Source: Patescibacteria group bacterium (GTDB lineage: Bacteria; Patescibacteriota; Minisyncoccia; Phycocordibacterales; Phycocordibacteraceae). From it: a DNA stretch of 64,000 bases. Both the position numbers and the translations under genes were made by a program. The notes under the pieces were generated by a model, which ran no database searches, was not told the DNA's origin, and was given only the letters and a program-made list of their open reading frames with translations. Below, one piece after another: positions 38,183 through 51,330 of this stretch (within the stretch, counting starts at the first letter, position 1; each line of letters begins with the position of its first letter). Where the stretch lies: assembly GCA_018971045.1 (NCBI GenBank), contig JAGWVF010000006.1, positions 176 to 64,175 on the forward strand, given 5' to 3'.

Positions 38183-39022
38183 ATGAACAGCAACTTCTTT
38201 TCCGAATTGTTCGATACGAGAGGGATGCGCTACGCGCTCATCGCCGTTTTCGCGCTTCTCGCGTTCTACCTCTTCGCGCAGACGATCACCACGGTTCAGG
38301 ATTTCGGCCGATCAGGCGTTCCCGCGACTGATACGATCACGGTGCAGGGCGACGGGCAGGCGACGCTACCGCCGGACGTCGCGCGCGTTTCCTTTACGGT
38401 ACAGAACACTGCCGCCGCGGTCGCCGACGCGCAGGTCGCGACAACCAAACAGACCAATACCGCCATCGACGCGGTGAAAGCGCTCGGCATCGCGGACAAG
38501 GATATCAAGACGCAGTCGTACACCATCACGCCGCAGTATTCCTACCCGCGCTGTCCGACGCCTATCATGCCGATGTCAAGCGGACCGATGGTATCGGATC
38601 AGACCGCGGTGTACTGCAATTCCACCCCGAAGATCACCGGGTATCAAGTCGCGCAGTCGATTCGAGTAACGATGCGCGATCTCACCAAGGTCGGGACTCT
38701 TCTCGAGAAACTCGGAACGCTCGAGGTACAAAATGTCTACGGCCCCGACTTCGCGCTTGATGATGCCACAGCCGGCTACGACGCCGCGCGCGCCGACGCG
38801 ATCGATAAGGCGAAGACGCAGGCGATGCTTCTCGCGAAGCAGCTCGGCGTTCACCTGGGGAAGATCGTGAACTTCACGGAATCAAACGGCGGATACCCTT
38901 ACCCGATGCCCTACACGGCGATGTCTGCAGGCTTGGGCGGCGCCAAGGCCGCGGCGCCGACAATCCCGACCGGCGAGAATACTTACAACGCCTCCGTCTC
39001 CATCACCTACGAAATCCGCTAA
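38183..39022 (+). CDS. SIMPL domain (DUF541) periplasmic protein
   Basis: N-terminal TM then ITVQGDGQATLPPDVARVSFTVQNTAA... pattern of SIMPL/26-kDa periplasmic immunogenic protein family. Confidence 0.7.
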   Translation: MNSNFFSELFDTRGMRYALIAVFALLAFYLFAQTITTVQDFGRSGVPATDTITVQGDGQATLPPDVARVSFTVQNTAAAVADAQVATTKQTNTAIDAVKALGIADKDIKTQSYTITPQYSYPRCPTPIMPMSSGPMVSDQTAVYCNSTPKITGYQVAQSIRVTMRDLTKVGTLLEKLGTLEVQNVYGPDFALDDATAGYDAARADAIDKAKTQAMLLAKQLGVHLGKIVNFTESNGGYPYPMPYTAMSAGLGGAKAAAPTIPTGENTYNASVSITYEIR

Positions 39023-39061
39023 TTGACGCATTTCGCGGAGTAGGGTATGCTCTCAGTATTG

Positions 39062-39085
39062 AGAGCCCGCAGGGCTTTTTTATTT
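39062..39085 (+). terminator. rho-independent terminator after SIMPL gene
   Basis: AGCCCGCAGGGCT hairpin + TTTTTTAT. Confidence 0.5.
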
Positions 39086-39100
39086 GCTAATCGCCAGGAT

Positions 39101-39286
39101 ATGACGTCACCCTTTGCTTATCTGAAACAGGTGCGCGACGAATTCGCCCACGTCGTATGGCCTTCTGGTCGTACGGCGATCGCCCACACGCTCGTGGTTA
39201 TCGGCATTGCCGTAGCGATCACGATTCTCGTGGGCGCGCTCGACTATCTTTTCGGCCTGATGGTGAGCCGCGTCGCGGGCGGATAA
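39101..39286 (+). CDS. secE: preprotein translocase subunit SecE
   Basis: 61 aa: conserved ...VRDEFAHVVWPSGRTAIAHTLVVIGIAVAI; upstream in-frame extension contains a terminator so ATG 39101 chosen; precedes nusG. Confidence 0.75.
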   Translation: MTSPFAYLKQVRDEFAHVVWPSGRTAIAHTLVVIGIAVAITILVGALDYLFGLMVSRVAGG

Positions 39287-39296
39287 TTTTTATCCT

Positions 39297-39941
39297 ATGG
39301 ATACTCACCCAATGCACAGCGGCGAAGCAGACGCGTCTCTCCCCGAAGAGATCGGAATGGCTGACATCGCGCCGTCTCTACCGAAAGTGGTACGCGATGA
39401 GACGATCGCGCGTCCGGAGGACGCGCGCTGGTATACGATTCACACCTACGCCGGTTATGAGAACGCGGTGGAGCGTAATCTGCGGCAGCGCATCGAGTCT
39501 CTCGGAATGGAGAATAAGATATTCAAAGTCATCGTTCCGACTGAAAAAAAGATTCGGGTAAAGGGCGGCAAGCGCATCGTCGAAGAGGAGAAGATTTATC
39601 CCGGCTATATCCTCGTGAACATGATCGTTAACGACGATTCGTGGTTCGTGGTGCGCAATACGCCAAGGGTGACCGGATTCGTCGGATCGGGCAATACGCC
39701 GGTTCCGATGGAGGAGGCGGAGGTCGCTTCGCTCATGAAGCGGATGACCGCTGAAGCTCCGAAGCACCGCATCGACCTCGTGAAGGACGATCCGATCGTG
39801 ATCGTCGACGGTCCGTTCAAGGATCTTGAAGGGAAAGTAGGCGATATCGATGAAGATCGCGGCAAGGTGAAGGTGATGGTCTCGATGTTCGGTCGGGAGA
39901 CGCCGGTCGAGCTCGATTTCCTCCAGATCAGGAAGCTCTAG
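39297..39941 (+). CDS. nusG: transcription termination/antitermination factor NusG
   Basis: NGN domain WYTIHTYAGYENAVERNL, KOW motif GPFKDLEGKVGDID. Confidence 0.9.
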   Translation: MDTHPMHSGEADASLPEEIGMADIAPSLPKVVRDETIARPEDARWYTIHTYAGYENAVERNLRQRIESLGMENKIFKVIVPTEKKIRVKGGKRIVEEEKIYPGYILVNMIVNDDSWFVVRNTPRVTGFVGSGNTPVPMEEAEVASLMKRMTAEAPKHRIDLVKDDPIVIVDGPFKDLEGKVGDIDEDRGKVKVMVSMFGRETPVELDFLQIRKL

Positions 39942-39977
39942 GCATTTTGACGATACTAAGGTAATCTCTCTGCATAT

Positions 39978-40397
39978 ATGGCAACTGTCGTAAAGAAAAT
40001 CAAACTCCAGATCCCGGGCGGAGCCGCAACGCCTGCGCCTCCGGTTGGAACGGCGCTCGGCCCGGCGGGCGTGAATATCGGGCAGTTCGTGACCCAGTTT
40101 AACGCCGCGACTGCCGACAAACGGGGGACGATTATTCCGATCGAGTTGTCGGTCTACGATGACCGCACGTTTACGTTCATCATGAAGAATCCGCCGGCTT
40201 CGCGGCTTATCTTGAAGGCGCTCGGGATCGAGAAGGGATCGAGCAAGGTACGGGAGAAGAAGGCGGGCGTCATCACTGCGGCGCAGATCGCGGAGATCGT
40301 GAAAGAGAAGATGCCGGATATGAACGCCGCCAGCCCCGAGGCCGCCGCGCGCACGATCGCCGGCACTGCCCGGAGCATGGGCATCGACGTGAAGTAA
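39978..40397 (+). CDS. rplK: 50S ribosomal protein L11
   Basis: [35 protein letters not shown] canonical L11. Confidence 0.95.
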   Translation: MATVVKKIKLQIPGGAATPAPPVGTALGPAGVNIGQFVTQFNAATADKRGTIIPIELSVYDDRTFTFIMKNPPASRLILKALGIEKGSSKVREKKAGVITAAQIAEIVKEKMPDMNAASPEAAARTIAGTARSMGIDVK

Positions 40398-40412
40398 GTG
40401 AGTGAGATACAA

Positions 40413-40455
40413 AAAGCAACACCGCGCTCCCTCGGGGCGCGGTGTTGCTTTTATC
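40413..40455 (+). terminator. rho-independent terminator after rplK
   Basis: 13-bp stem AGCAACACCGCGC/GCGCGGTGTTGCT + TTTAT. Confidence 0.6.
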
Positions 40456-40521
40456 GAGAGAGAACGTAGAGTGTGTCCGGACAGTACTGTTGCTGTTACA
40501 CCACGAAAGGCAGGTAGAGAG

Positions 40522-41346
40522 ATGGCTTCTTCATTTGACGAGATCAGTATTCGCGTTCTTGCGCGGACGGTCGTGGATCGCGAGGCGGTTCGCGAATGGC
40601 TCGACGAGATGGGAGCCGACGAGTTCGAGATCCCCGATCCGGAAGCAGTAAGCGATCCGGGGCTTCTCGTGGCGCTCGCGGCCAAGCAATGCTACATGGC
40701 GTTTCAGCCCGGGCTCAATCCGAACGTGAACAAGGTTCGCAAGGACATGATTGATTACCTCGACAACGTCTTAAAGCAGAAGCACGGGTCGGTTCTCGAG
40801 CACGCCGTTTTCACGATCGGGATCAATGGCTGTTCCCGGGTCTTCACGGGCGAGATGAATCGACATCGTGCTGGTGTCGGCATCTCAGAGCGAAGTATGC
40901 GGTATGTCCGCTACACCGACATCCGGTTCTGGATGCCCGAGTGTTTCCGTGAGGCAGACGATGACACAGGCGAGATCGCCGAAAAGAAGCGCCGCAGTCG
41001 CGAATTGCTGACCGAACAGTTCGCCAGTCAGGAGCAAATGATGGCAGGATTCGCTACTATCTGGGCCGAGGAACTCGCCCCTTCGAGCACCTTTCATGCC
41101 AAGAAAGTGCTCACCTCGGCCTTTCGTCGCGGCATCGGTATGGGGATCGCGACGGGCGGTGTGTGGAGCCTTAATCTACGTGCCCTTCGCCACGTGATTG
41201 CTCTGCGTACCGAGGCGGGTGCCGAGGAGGAGATCGTACACGTCTTCAGGAAAGTTGGCGCTCTCATGCTCACACAAGCTCCCGAGATCTTCGGCGACTT
41301 CAAGTTAATTGATGGCGTGTGGGTGCCTGAATACTGGAAAGTCTGA
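40522..41346 (+). CDS. thyX: FAD-dependent thymidylate synthase ThyX
   Basis: ThyX motif RHRAGVGISERS (RHR-x7-S); start at MASSFDEISIRV with AGGTAGAGAG SD (ORF track start 40402 would span the rplK terminator). Confidence 0.85.
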   Translation: MASSFDEISIRVLARTVVDREAVREWLDEMGADEFEIPDPEAVSDPGLLVALAAKQCYMAFQPGLNPNVNKVRKDMIDYLDNVLKQKHGSVLEHAVFTIGINGCSRVFTGEMNRHRAGVGISERSMRYVRYTDIRFWMPECFREADDDTGEIAEKKRRSRELLTEQFASQEQMMAGFATIWAEELAPSSTFHAKKVLTSAFRRGIGMGIATGGVWSLNLRALRHVIALRTEAGAEEEIVHVFRKVGALMLTQAPEIFGDFKLIDGVWVPEYWKV

Positions 41347-41390
41347 CTCGCGGAGCGCGGAATCACCCTCTAAGGGTTACTGAAGGCATA

Positions 41391-41431
41391 AACCGGCGCC
41401 CCGAAGGGGCGCCGGTTCTTCATTTCTTTTT
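41391..41431. terminator. bidirectional hairpin terminator between thyX (+) and dcd (-)
   Basis: ACCGGCGCCCC-GAAG-GGGCGCCGGT with flanking T/A tracts on both strands. Confidence 0.6.
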
Positions 41432-42118
41432 CGGCCGAGTTTCCATCGATTTTGCGTCTCGATCCGTCCACAGTCTTGGAATCATTGACTCGGGCTTCCA
41501 TAGTTTCTTCAGTTGAGTGACACTGGTCGATGTTTGGTATTTCCCGGTTGCCGCGTAATCTTTCCCCACGATGGGGCCGGTTTCAAAGAACACGATTTGG
41601 GCGATGCGTCGGCCTACTACGAGCGGGATAATATAGTTTTGGGAATTGTTCGTGATTTCCATGGTCCAGCGATTGACATACCCGACATCACCCCAGCCGG
41701 CGCACTTGCAGACTTCGATAAAATTGCGCCCCATTGATGAACGAGCTTTCATCATCGTAGTGATATGGCCTTTCCCGCCAATAAACTCATTTGTATGGGC
41801 CAGTACCGTTTCTCCCGGGCGGAGCAAGATAATCTTGTCGTTCGGGTGAATGCCACGCCATTTGAAATTGTATTTTTTTAATGTCTCTTTCGCGGTCTTG
41901 GCGCGTTCTGCCTTGTTGGCTCCCCAGACATGTCGAACATGTTCTTCATCCCAGATGTTGTAGAGGCTATGGTCGTATTTCGTCGGCTGCTCTCTGAAGA
42001 ACCACTCGCCGAGCGTAACATCGTAGCTTGAAGTGGCAAGGTTCTCGCGTTTAAACGGAAAGATCACAATCGACCCTTCTTTCATTGCTTCAAGAATACG
42101 TTTGTCGGATAGTGCCAT
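41420..42118 (-). CDS. dcd: dCTP deaminase family protein (dUTPase fold)
   Basis: MALSDKRILEAMKEGSIVIFPF N-terminus typical of Dcd; ARSSMGR and GW..G segments; contains an internal insertion relative to E. coli Dcd. Confidence 0.7.
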   Translation of the reverse strand: MALSDKRILEAMKEGSIVIFPFKRENLATSSYDVTLGEWFFREQPTKYDHSLYNIWDEEHVRHVWGANKAERAKTAKETLKKYNFKWRGIHPNDKIILLRPGETVLAHTNEFIGGKGHITTMMKARSSMGRNFIEVCKCAGWGDVGYVNRWTMEITNNSQNYIIPLVVGRRIAQIVFFETGPIVGKDYAATGKYQTSTSVTQLKKLWKPESMIPRLWTDRDAKSMETRPKKK

Positions 42119-42174
42119 CGTGTCGGCATAGTACCACGCCAGCAATTTCGGAAAATGTGGAGTAGGATAGCGCC

Positions 42175-43434
42175 ATGTATTCTCATATCAAGAAGCAGGA
42201 CAAGGAAGTCTTCGGAGCGATTGCGGGCGAAGACAAACGGCAGAGGGAAGGGCTTGAGCTTATTCCGTCTGAAAATTACGTGAGTGCGGCCGTGAAGGAG
42301 GCGATGGCCTCGTCCCTCACGAATAAATATTCAGAGGGGTACCCGGGGCGCCGCTACTACGGCGGGCAACAGTTTACCGATGCGATCGAGATGGTCGCGA
42401 TCGAGCGCGCCAAGAAGCTCTTCGGCGCGAAGTATGCAAATGTGCAGCCGCTTGGCGGCGCAAATGCGAATATTGCGATGTATTTCGCGCTCCTTCAGCC
42501 CGGCGACACGGTGCTCGGCATGGATCTTTCCCACGGCGGGCACCTGACCCACGGCCACCCGGTGACCTACCTCACCAAGATTTATACTTTCGTGCACTAT
42601 CAGATGAAAAACGTCGAGACTGGCGAGATCGACTACGAGGCGATGCGCCGCACGGCCAAGAAGGTGAAGCCGAAGATTGTTCTCGCAGGTTTCTCGGCGT
42701 ATCCGCGCGAGCTCGATTATACAAAGTTTGTTGCGATCGCGCGGGAGGTGGGCGCGATCGCGGTGATGGATATCGCGCACATCGCGGGACTTATTGCGGG
42801 GAAGGCGGTGCGGAACCCGTTTGACGACGGTTTCGATATTATGACCACCACGACCCACAAGGCGCTCCGCGGTCCCCGCGGCGGACTCATCCTCGTGCGC
42901 GAGAGCGAGGAGCTCGCGAAGAAGATCGATAAAGCCGTATTTCCTGGTCTCCAAGGCGGCCCGCATATGCACCAGATCGCTGCGAAGGCGGTCGCCTTTG
43001 GCGAAGCGCTCAAGCCTTCGTTTAAAAAGTACGCGAAGCAGATTTTGAAAAATACGAAGGCGATGGAGAAAGTGTTTAAGAAGCACGGCGCGCGGATGAT
43101 CGCGGGCGGCTCCGACAACCATCTCATTCTCCTTGATGTTTCGGAATCGTTTCAGATCTCGGGCGCCGAAGCCGAAGCGCTTCTCGATCGGGCGGGGATG
43201 ACGCTTAATAAAAACGTCATCGCAGACGACACGCGGAAGCCCATGGATCCCTCAGGGATCCGCTTCGGCACGCCGGCCGTCACCACGCGCGGATTTAAGG
43301 AGAAGGACTGCGCGCAGGTTGCCGAGCTCATGATCGAGGTCCTCACGAAGCGCAACGACGCGACCGTCGAGAAGGCAAGGAGAGCGATTAAAAAGCTCGC
43401 GCTCACGCACCCGATTCCCGAATCGTTCCCATAA
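42175..43434 (+). CDS. glyA: serine hydroxymethyltransferase
   Basis: GLELIPSENYVS, TTTHKALRGPRGG PLP-lysine region. Confidence 0.95.
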   Translation: MYSHIKKQDKEVFGAIAGEDKRQREGLELIPSENYVSAAVKEAMASSLTNKYSEGYPGRRYYGGQQFTDAIEMVAIERAKKLFGAKYANVQPLGGANANIAMYFALLQPGDTVLGMDLSHGGHLTHGHPVTYLTKIYTFVHYQMKNVETGEIDYEAMRRTAKKVKPKIVLAGFSAYPRELDYTKFVAIAREVGAIAVMDIAHIAGLIAGKAVRNPFDDGFDIMTTTTHKALRGPRGGLILVRESEELAKKIDKAVFPGLQGGPHMHQIAAKAVAFGEALKPSFKKYAKQILKNTKAMEKVFKKHGARMIAGGSDNHLILLDVSESFQISGAEAEALLDRAGMTLNKNVIADDTRKPMDPSGIRFGTPAVTTRGFKEKDCAQVAELMIEVLTKRNDATVEKARRAIKKLALTHPIPESFP

Positions 43435-43471
43435 CGGTTCTCAGGAACGCGTCGTTTGTTATACTTTCGAT

Positions 43472-45121
43472 ATGGAAGAGCGAATCCGTAAAGCGGTAGA
43501 GGAGGCGCTTGCGGCGCTTGGAGCGGAGGGAGTCGGATTTTCGGTTGAACGACCGAATAATGCGGCGTACGGTGATTATACGACCAATGCGGCCTTGGTT
43601 GCGGCGAAGAAGCTCGACAGGAATCCGCGCGAGCTCGCGGACTCGCTCGCGTCGGCGCTCATGAGCGCTCTCGGCGAGACCGTCGCGAGCCATGTGGCGG
43701 TCGCGGGTCCCGGTTTCGTAAACATCACTCTGGCGCGCGAGGCGATCTCGCTTGCAGTCGCCGAAGCCGGCGCGCAGGAGCGCGCGTGGGGGAAGGGCGG
43801 CGCCGAGGAAGGGAAGCGCGCCATTATCGAATATTCCAATCCGAATGCTTTTAAAGAAATGCATATCGGGCATTTGGTGGGGACCGTGGTCGGCGAAGCG
43901 ACTGCGCGCCTTATCGAGAATGCCGGAGCGACAGTGATGCGCGATACTTTCGGGGGAGACATCGGACCGAATGTCGCCAAGGCTCTTTGGAGTCTGGAGA
44001 AGAAGGGCACCGTCGAACCAATCACGGCGAGCGAGATCGGCGGCGCGTATGTCGCCGGCGCGGCGGCGTATGAGGCGGATGCAAAGGCAAAAGAAGAGAT
44101 CGACGCGCTCAATCAGAGGCTCTATGCGGGCATCGACACGGATCTCATGGAGTTGTGGAGAAAAGGGCGCGACGTTTCGGTCGCCGAGTTTCGCCGTCTC
44201 TGGGGGCTTCTTGGCGCGCGTTTTGATTTCGAATTTTTTGATAGCGATACGACCGAGACAGGCATGCGGGTGGTGAAGGATGGCCTTATGAAGGGAATCT
44301 TTTCCGTGAGCAACGGCGCTATTATCTATCCCGGCGAAGAGAAAGGTGTGCACACGATGGTATTCATCACCTCGCACGATACGCCCACCTATGAGGCAAA
44401 GGATATCGGCCTCGCTTTCCTCAAAGAGGAGCGATGGCCGTCGGATCGCTCGATTGTCATCACCGGGAATGAACAGACCGGACGGTTCCAAACGATACTC
44501 GCGGCGCTTAGCGAAGTCGCTCCCGCCCTTGCCGCGAAAACCGAGCATCTCGCCACCGGCTTTTTGAAATTGACATCGGGGAAGATGTCTTCCCGCGAGG
44601 GAAGCGTGATTACCGCGTCTGCATTCATCTCGAGCATTATCGAGCGAGCGAGCGAGAAGAGCGCAGACCCGCTCGTTGCCGAGCAGGTGGCGATCGGCGC
44701 GATTAAGTTTATGATCCTGCGGCAAGCGCCGGGTTCGGACATTATTTTTGATCCCGAGAAATCGCTGTCGCTTGAGGGCGATTCGGGGCCCTATCTCCAG
44801 TATGCGCTTGTTCGGGCGCGGTCGGTGTTGCGGAATGCGGAAAGAAAGGCGGAGAGCCGGGCGCCGGAGGCGCCGTACATGATCGAAAGGCTGATCGTTC
44901 ATTTCCCGGAGGTGGCCGCGCGCGCCGCGCGCGAACTCGCGCCGAACCTTCTCGTGAACTATCTTCTCGAGATCGCGGGGGAATGGAACTCTTTTTACGC
45001 GAAGGAGCGCATCATCGGCGGGGACCATGAAGCGCAGAAGCTGCGTATCGCGCGGGCTTTTGCGCAGACGATGACGAACGGTCTCTCGCTTCTCGGTATC
45101 CCCACACCCGAGAAGATGTAG
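43472..45121 (+). CDS. argS: arginyl-tRNA synthetase
   Basis: HIGH-class motif EMHIGHLVGTVVG, KMSSREG (KMSKS variant), DALY-type C-terminal anticodon-binding domain. Confidence 0.95.
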   Translation: MEERIRKAVEEALAALGAEGVGFSVERPNNAAYGDYTTNAALVAAKKLDRNPRELADSLASALMSALGETVASHVAVAGPGFVNITLAREAISLAVAEAGAQERAWGKGGAEEGKRAIIEYSNPNAFKEMHIGHLVGTVVGEATARLIENAGATVMRDTFGGDIGPNVAKALWSLEKKGTVEPITASEIGGAYVAGAAAYEADAKAKEEIDALNQRLYAGIDTDLMELWRKGRDVSVAEFRRLWGLLGARFDFEFFDSDTTETGMRVVKDGLMKGIFSVSNGAIIYPGEEKGVHTMVFITSHDTPTYEAKDIGLAFLKEERWPSDRSIVITGNEQTGRFQTILAALSEVAPALAAKTEHLATGFLKLTSGKMSSREGSVITASAFISSIIERASEKSADPLVAEQVAIGAIKFMILRQAPGSDIIFDPEKSLSLEGDSGPYLQYALVRARSVLRNAERKAESRAPEAPYMIERLIVHFPEVAARAARELAPNLLVNYLLEIAGEWNSFYAKERIIGGDHEAQKLRIARAFAQTMTNGLSLLGIPTPEKM

Positions 45122-45200
45122 CTTGCGCGATGAGAAACGATGCGCTAATTTCTCGTTTATGGTTGCACGCTGTGTGCAGCCATAAACCGAGGAGTTGCGA

Positions 45201-45332
45201 ATGAAGAAGACTCTGAATGCGCGGCGGCGAGAAGCGTGGTCCCGTACTCGGAAACGCGGGAATCGCACGTGGCAGAATAATAAGCCGCATCCGCCGAGAC
45301 CCAGGCGGGAGCCGCAGGTCGCCGCGACTTAA
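45201..45332 (+). CDS. candidate small highly basic protein (43 aa)
   Basis: Unlisted ORF MKKTLNARRREAWSRTRKRGNRTWQNNKPHPPRPRREPQVAAT; GGAG SD 8 nt upstream; G/C at the third codon position in ~29 of 43 codons (hand count); flanked by a 13-bp-stem hairpin upstream and a terminator downstream. Confidence 0.3.
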   Translation: MKKTLNARRREAWSRTRKRGNRTWQNNKPHPPRPRREPQVAAT

Positions 45333-45348
45333 TGTAGCAATGAACTCG

Positions 45349-45380
45349 GAAACAGCCGCTCTGGCGGCTGTTTTCATTTC
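45349..45380 (+). terminator. hairpin terminator/attenuator immediately upstream of ileS
   Basis: AACAGCCGC-TCTG-GCGGCTGTT followed by TTCATTTCC, 28 nt before the ileS ATG. Confidence 0.45.
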
Positions 45381-45407
45381 CGCCGCAAGACGTTAGGATA
45401 CGTGAAT

Positions 45408-48819
<3,412 letters not shown>

Positions 48820-48830
<11 letters not shown>

Positions 48831-49389
48831 GTACGAGACGCGCGCGCTTGTTCTCGCGCGGACGCCGCTCGGCGAAGCGAATGCGCTCATTACGCTCATC
48901 ACGTCGGGACTCGGACTGGTGCGGGCGCGCGCGCAAGGCGTGCGCCGGTCCGGAGCGAAGCTCGCGCCGGCGCTTACGACGTTTGCGGAAAGTTCGGTGC
49001 TTCTTGTGCGAGGGAAGGAGGGCTGGCGCATCGCGGGAGCCGTGCTTGAAGAGCGGTGGTTATTAAGACTCGAGCGGCTACAGGCGCGCGCGATCGCGAC
49101 CCGCATCGCGGGACTTCTGGTCCGCCTCGTCGCCGATGAAGTGCGGGAACCGGATATCTTCCCGCTTGTCCAAGGATTCTTTACGGCGCTCGCTACCTTG
49201 CCGGAGAAGGATTATGAGGCGGCAGAAATACTCGCCGCGCTCCGGCTACTGGCGGTGCTCGGCTTCGATGCGGGAGAAATTCCGGGCGCGATCGCTGATT
49301 TTTCTCCCGGACCTCTCGCGGCAGTGAGCGAGGAGCGCGCCGGATCGATCGCGCGCGTCAATCGAGGTATCGCCGTCTCCGGACTCTGA
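48820..49389 (+). CDS. recO: RecO-like DNA repair protein (short)
   Basis: N-terminal OB-like region [35 protein letters not shown] resembles RecO; 189 aa, shorter than typical RecO; overlaps ileS stop. Confidence 0.5.
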
Positions 49390-49413
49390 TTTCTTGTTGT
49401 ATACTGTAATTCA

Positions 49414-51321
49414 ATGCCGCCGACCTCTGAGGACAATTTGAGTTCACTCGAACGCGCGAAGAAACGTCTCTACGATCCTGAAACGCCGTCCGTCGAGCGG
49501 TCGGCGCCTCCTTCGACGCAGACGGGCGTCATGCCGGGCGCGTGGGAAAAGGATCCGTTGAAAAATGTCATAGCGCAACTCGCCTCGTCCGGTGCGGAGC
49601 GCGGCAAACGCCAGGTGCGCGCGGCCAGCCTGTTTTTCATTGGCGCGTTTGCCTTCTTTCTCGTGTCCATTGGGATCGCCTTTTTCATTTCCTACGTCGG
49701 CGGGAATACGATCTCGATCGACAAGGTAACGGTCGCGGTGCAGGGACCGACTGCCATCGCCGGAGGCGACACGGTGCCGCTCTCGGTTACGGTGACGAAT
49801 ACGAATGCGGTGGCCATCCAAAACGCGACGATCGAGATCGATTTTCCGAACGGAACGCGAAGCGCCGATAACGTGCTCACGCCGTATCCGCGCTACATTG
49901 AGAATCTCGGGACGCTTGTGAGCGGAGCGAGCGTAAGCCGCTCGGTGAAGGCGGTTCTCTTCGGAGGAGCCGGCCAGGCGCTGTCGATACCGGTATCGGT
50001 TTCATATGCCGCGAGCGGATCGAGCCAAACCTTCGTGAAGAAATCGACCTATGTGACGGCGATATCGAGTTCGCCGCTCTCAGTCTCGGTTGATACTGTC
50101 GCCGAGGCCGTGCCCGGACAGCCTATCACCCTTACGCTTACCGTGCGCTCGAACGCGACAGTGCCGCTCTCGAACGTAGTTCTCAACGGCGCTTTCCCAT
50201 TCGGCTTCACGGTGCAGTCGTCGTCGTTGCCGCTTACCAACTCGAGCTTCCTGCTCGGGACGCTTGCGCCCGGCGCGACGCGAATAGTGTCCCTCACGGG
50301 AACGCTTACCGGCCAGACGGGCGATGAGCGCGTTTTCCATTTCACCATCGGCACCGCCGCTACGGCGCAGGATCAGGCGCTCGCGGTGGCGTATATGGCG
50401 CAAGACGCGCCGATAAGCATCGCCGCGCCGTTCATAAGCACGACCTTGACGCTGAACGGCGATGCGTCGCCGAACCCGATTATCGCGCCCGGGTCGATTC
50501 AAAGTCTGAAAGTGGCATATACGAACACCCTTCCGACCAATGTTGCGAACGCGACTATTACCGTCACGATTTCTGGAACGGCCATCGACTATTCAACGAT
50601 ACAAACCCAGAATGGATTCTATAATTCTACGAATCACGCGATCGTTTTCAGCAGAGACACCGATCCCTCGCTTGCATCGCTTGCGCCTGGCGCTTCCGGG
50701 TACGGAACAATCAGCTTCTCGACGCTGTCCGCGAGCGCGCTCCCCGCATCCCCGAGCATCACTCTCACGACTTCGGTATCCGGGACGCGCATCGGACAGT
50801 CCAACGTGCCGGAGCAGGTGACGGCATCGGTGACCAAGGTGGCCAAGGTGTCAACGTTCACAACGGTCTCCGCGGCATCTCTCCACTCATCAGGGCCGCT
50901 CGGCACGAGCGGCCCCATCCCGCCGCGCGTAGGCCAGATGACCACCTATACGGTTCAATGGAGCGTGCAAGCGCACAGCAGCGCCATCGCCGGCGGCACT
51001 ATGAGCACGATTCTGCCGAGTTACGTCGCCTACGTCGGTCCAACGTCGGGATCGGGAGATTTCTCGTATGATTCAAAATCGCGAACCGTAACCTGGAACA
51101 TCGGCGATCTCGCGCCAAGCACCTCGATGGCGGGAGCATTTCAAGTCTCGCTCGTACCCTCGACCTCTCAGAAGGGAATGGCGCCGCAGCTGACCGGCTC
51201 GGCCTCTTTCACCGGATACGATCGTTTTGCAGGAACTCAAATCACAGCTATCGCCGATCCGGTGACTACGGAGACGAAGAATGATCCGGGGTATATCTCG
51301 ACGAACGCAATTGTGCAATAA
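49414..51321 (+). CDS. large cell-surface protein with N-terminal TM anchor and repeated beta-sandwich-like segments
   Basis: 635 aa; single TM (FFIGAFAFFLVSIGIAFFISYVGG) then Thr/Ser/Val-rich repetitive segments (VTVTNTNAVAIQNATIEIDF, PITLTLTVRSNATVPLSNVVL) typical of CARDB/DUF11-like surface domains. Confidence 0.55.
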   Translation: MPPTSEDNLSSLERAKKRLYDPETPSVERSAPPSTQTGVMPGAWEKDPLKNVIAQLASSGAERGKRQVRAASLFFIGAFAFFLVSIGIAFFISYVGGNTISIDKVTVAVQGPTAIAGGDTVPLSVTVTNTNAVAIQNATIEIDFPNGTRSADNVLTPYPRYIENLGTLVSGASVSRSVKAVLFGGAGQALSIPVSVSYAASGSSQTFVKKSTYVTAISSSPLSVSVDTVAEAVPGQPITLTLTVRSNATVPLSNVVLNGAFPFGFTVQSSSLPLTNSSFLLGTLAPGATRIVSLTGTLTGQTGDERVFHFTIGTAATAQDQALAVAYMAQDAPISIAAPFISTTLTLNGDASPNPIIAPGSIQSLKVAYTNTLPTNVANATITVTISGTAIDYSTIQTQNGFYNSTNHAIVFSRDTDPSLASLAPGASGYGTISFSTLSASALPASPSITLTTSVSGTRIGQSNVPEQVTASVTKVAKVSTFTTVSAASLHSSGPLGTSGPIPPRVGQMTTYTVQWSVQAHSSAIAGGTMSTILPSYVAYVGPTSGSGDFSYDSKSRTVTWNIGDLAPSTSMAGAFQVSLVPSTSQKGMAPQLTGSASFTGYDRFAGTQITAIADPVTTETKNDPGYISTNAIVQ

Positions 51322-51330
51322 TCGAACCCT

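Noticed and set aside
39047-39100. Upstream in-frame extension of secE
   Set aside because: Contains the hairpin terminator of the SIMPL gene; the conserved SecE sequence begins at 39101.
40402-40521. Upstream extension of thyX
   Set aside because: Spans the rplK terminator; Arg-rich; ThyX homology starts at MASSFDE with an SD.
43403-45268. 621-aa ORF on minus strand
   Set aside because: Entirely antisense to argS, which has clear class I motifs. Arg/Ala-rich composition typical of spurious ORFs in GC-rich DNA.
45122-45407. T-box riboswitch upstream of ileS
   Set aside because: No AGGGTGG-type T-box sequence or specifier-loop architecture seen; only simple hairpins.
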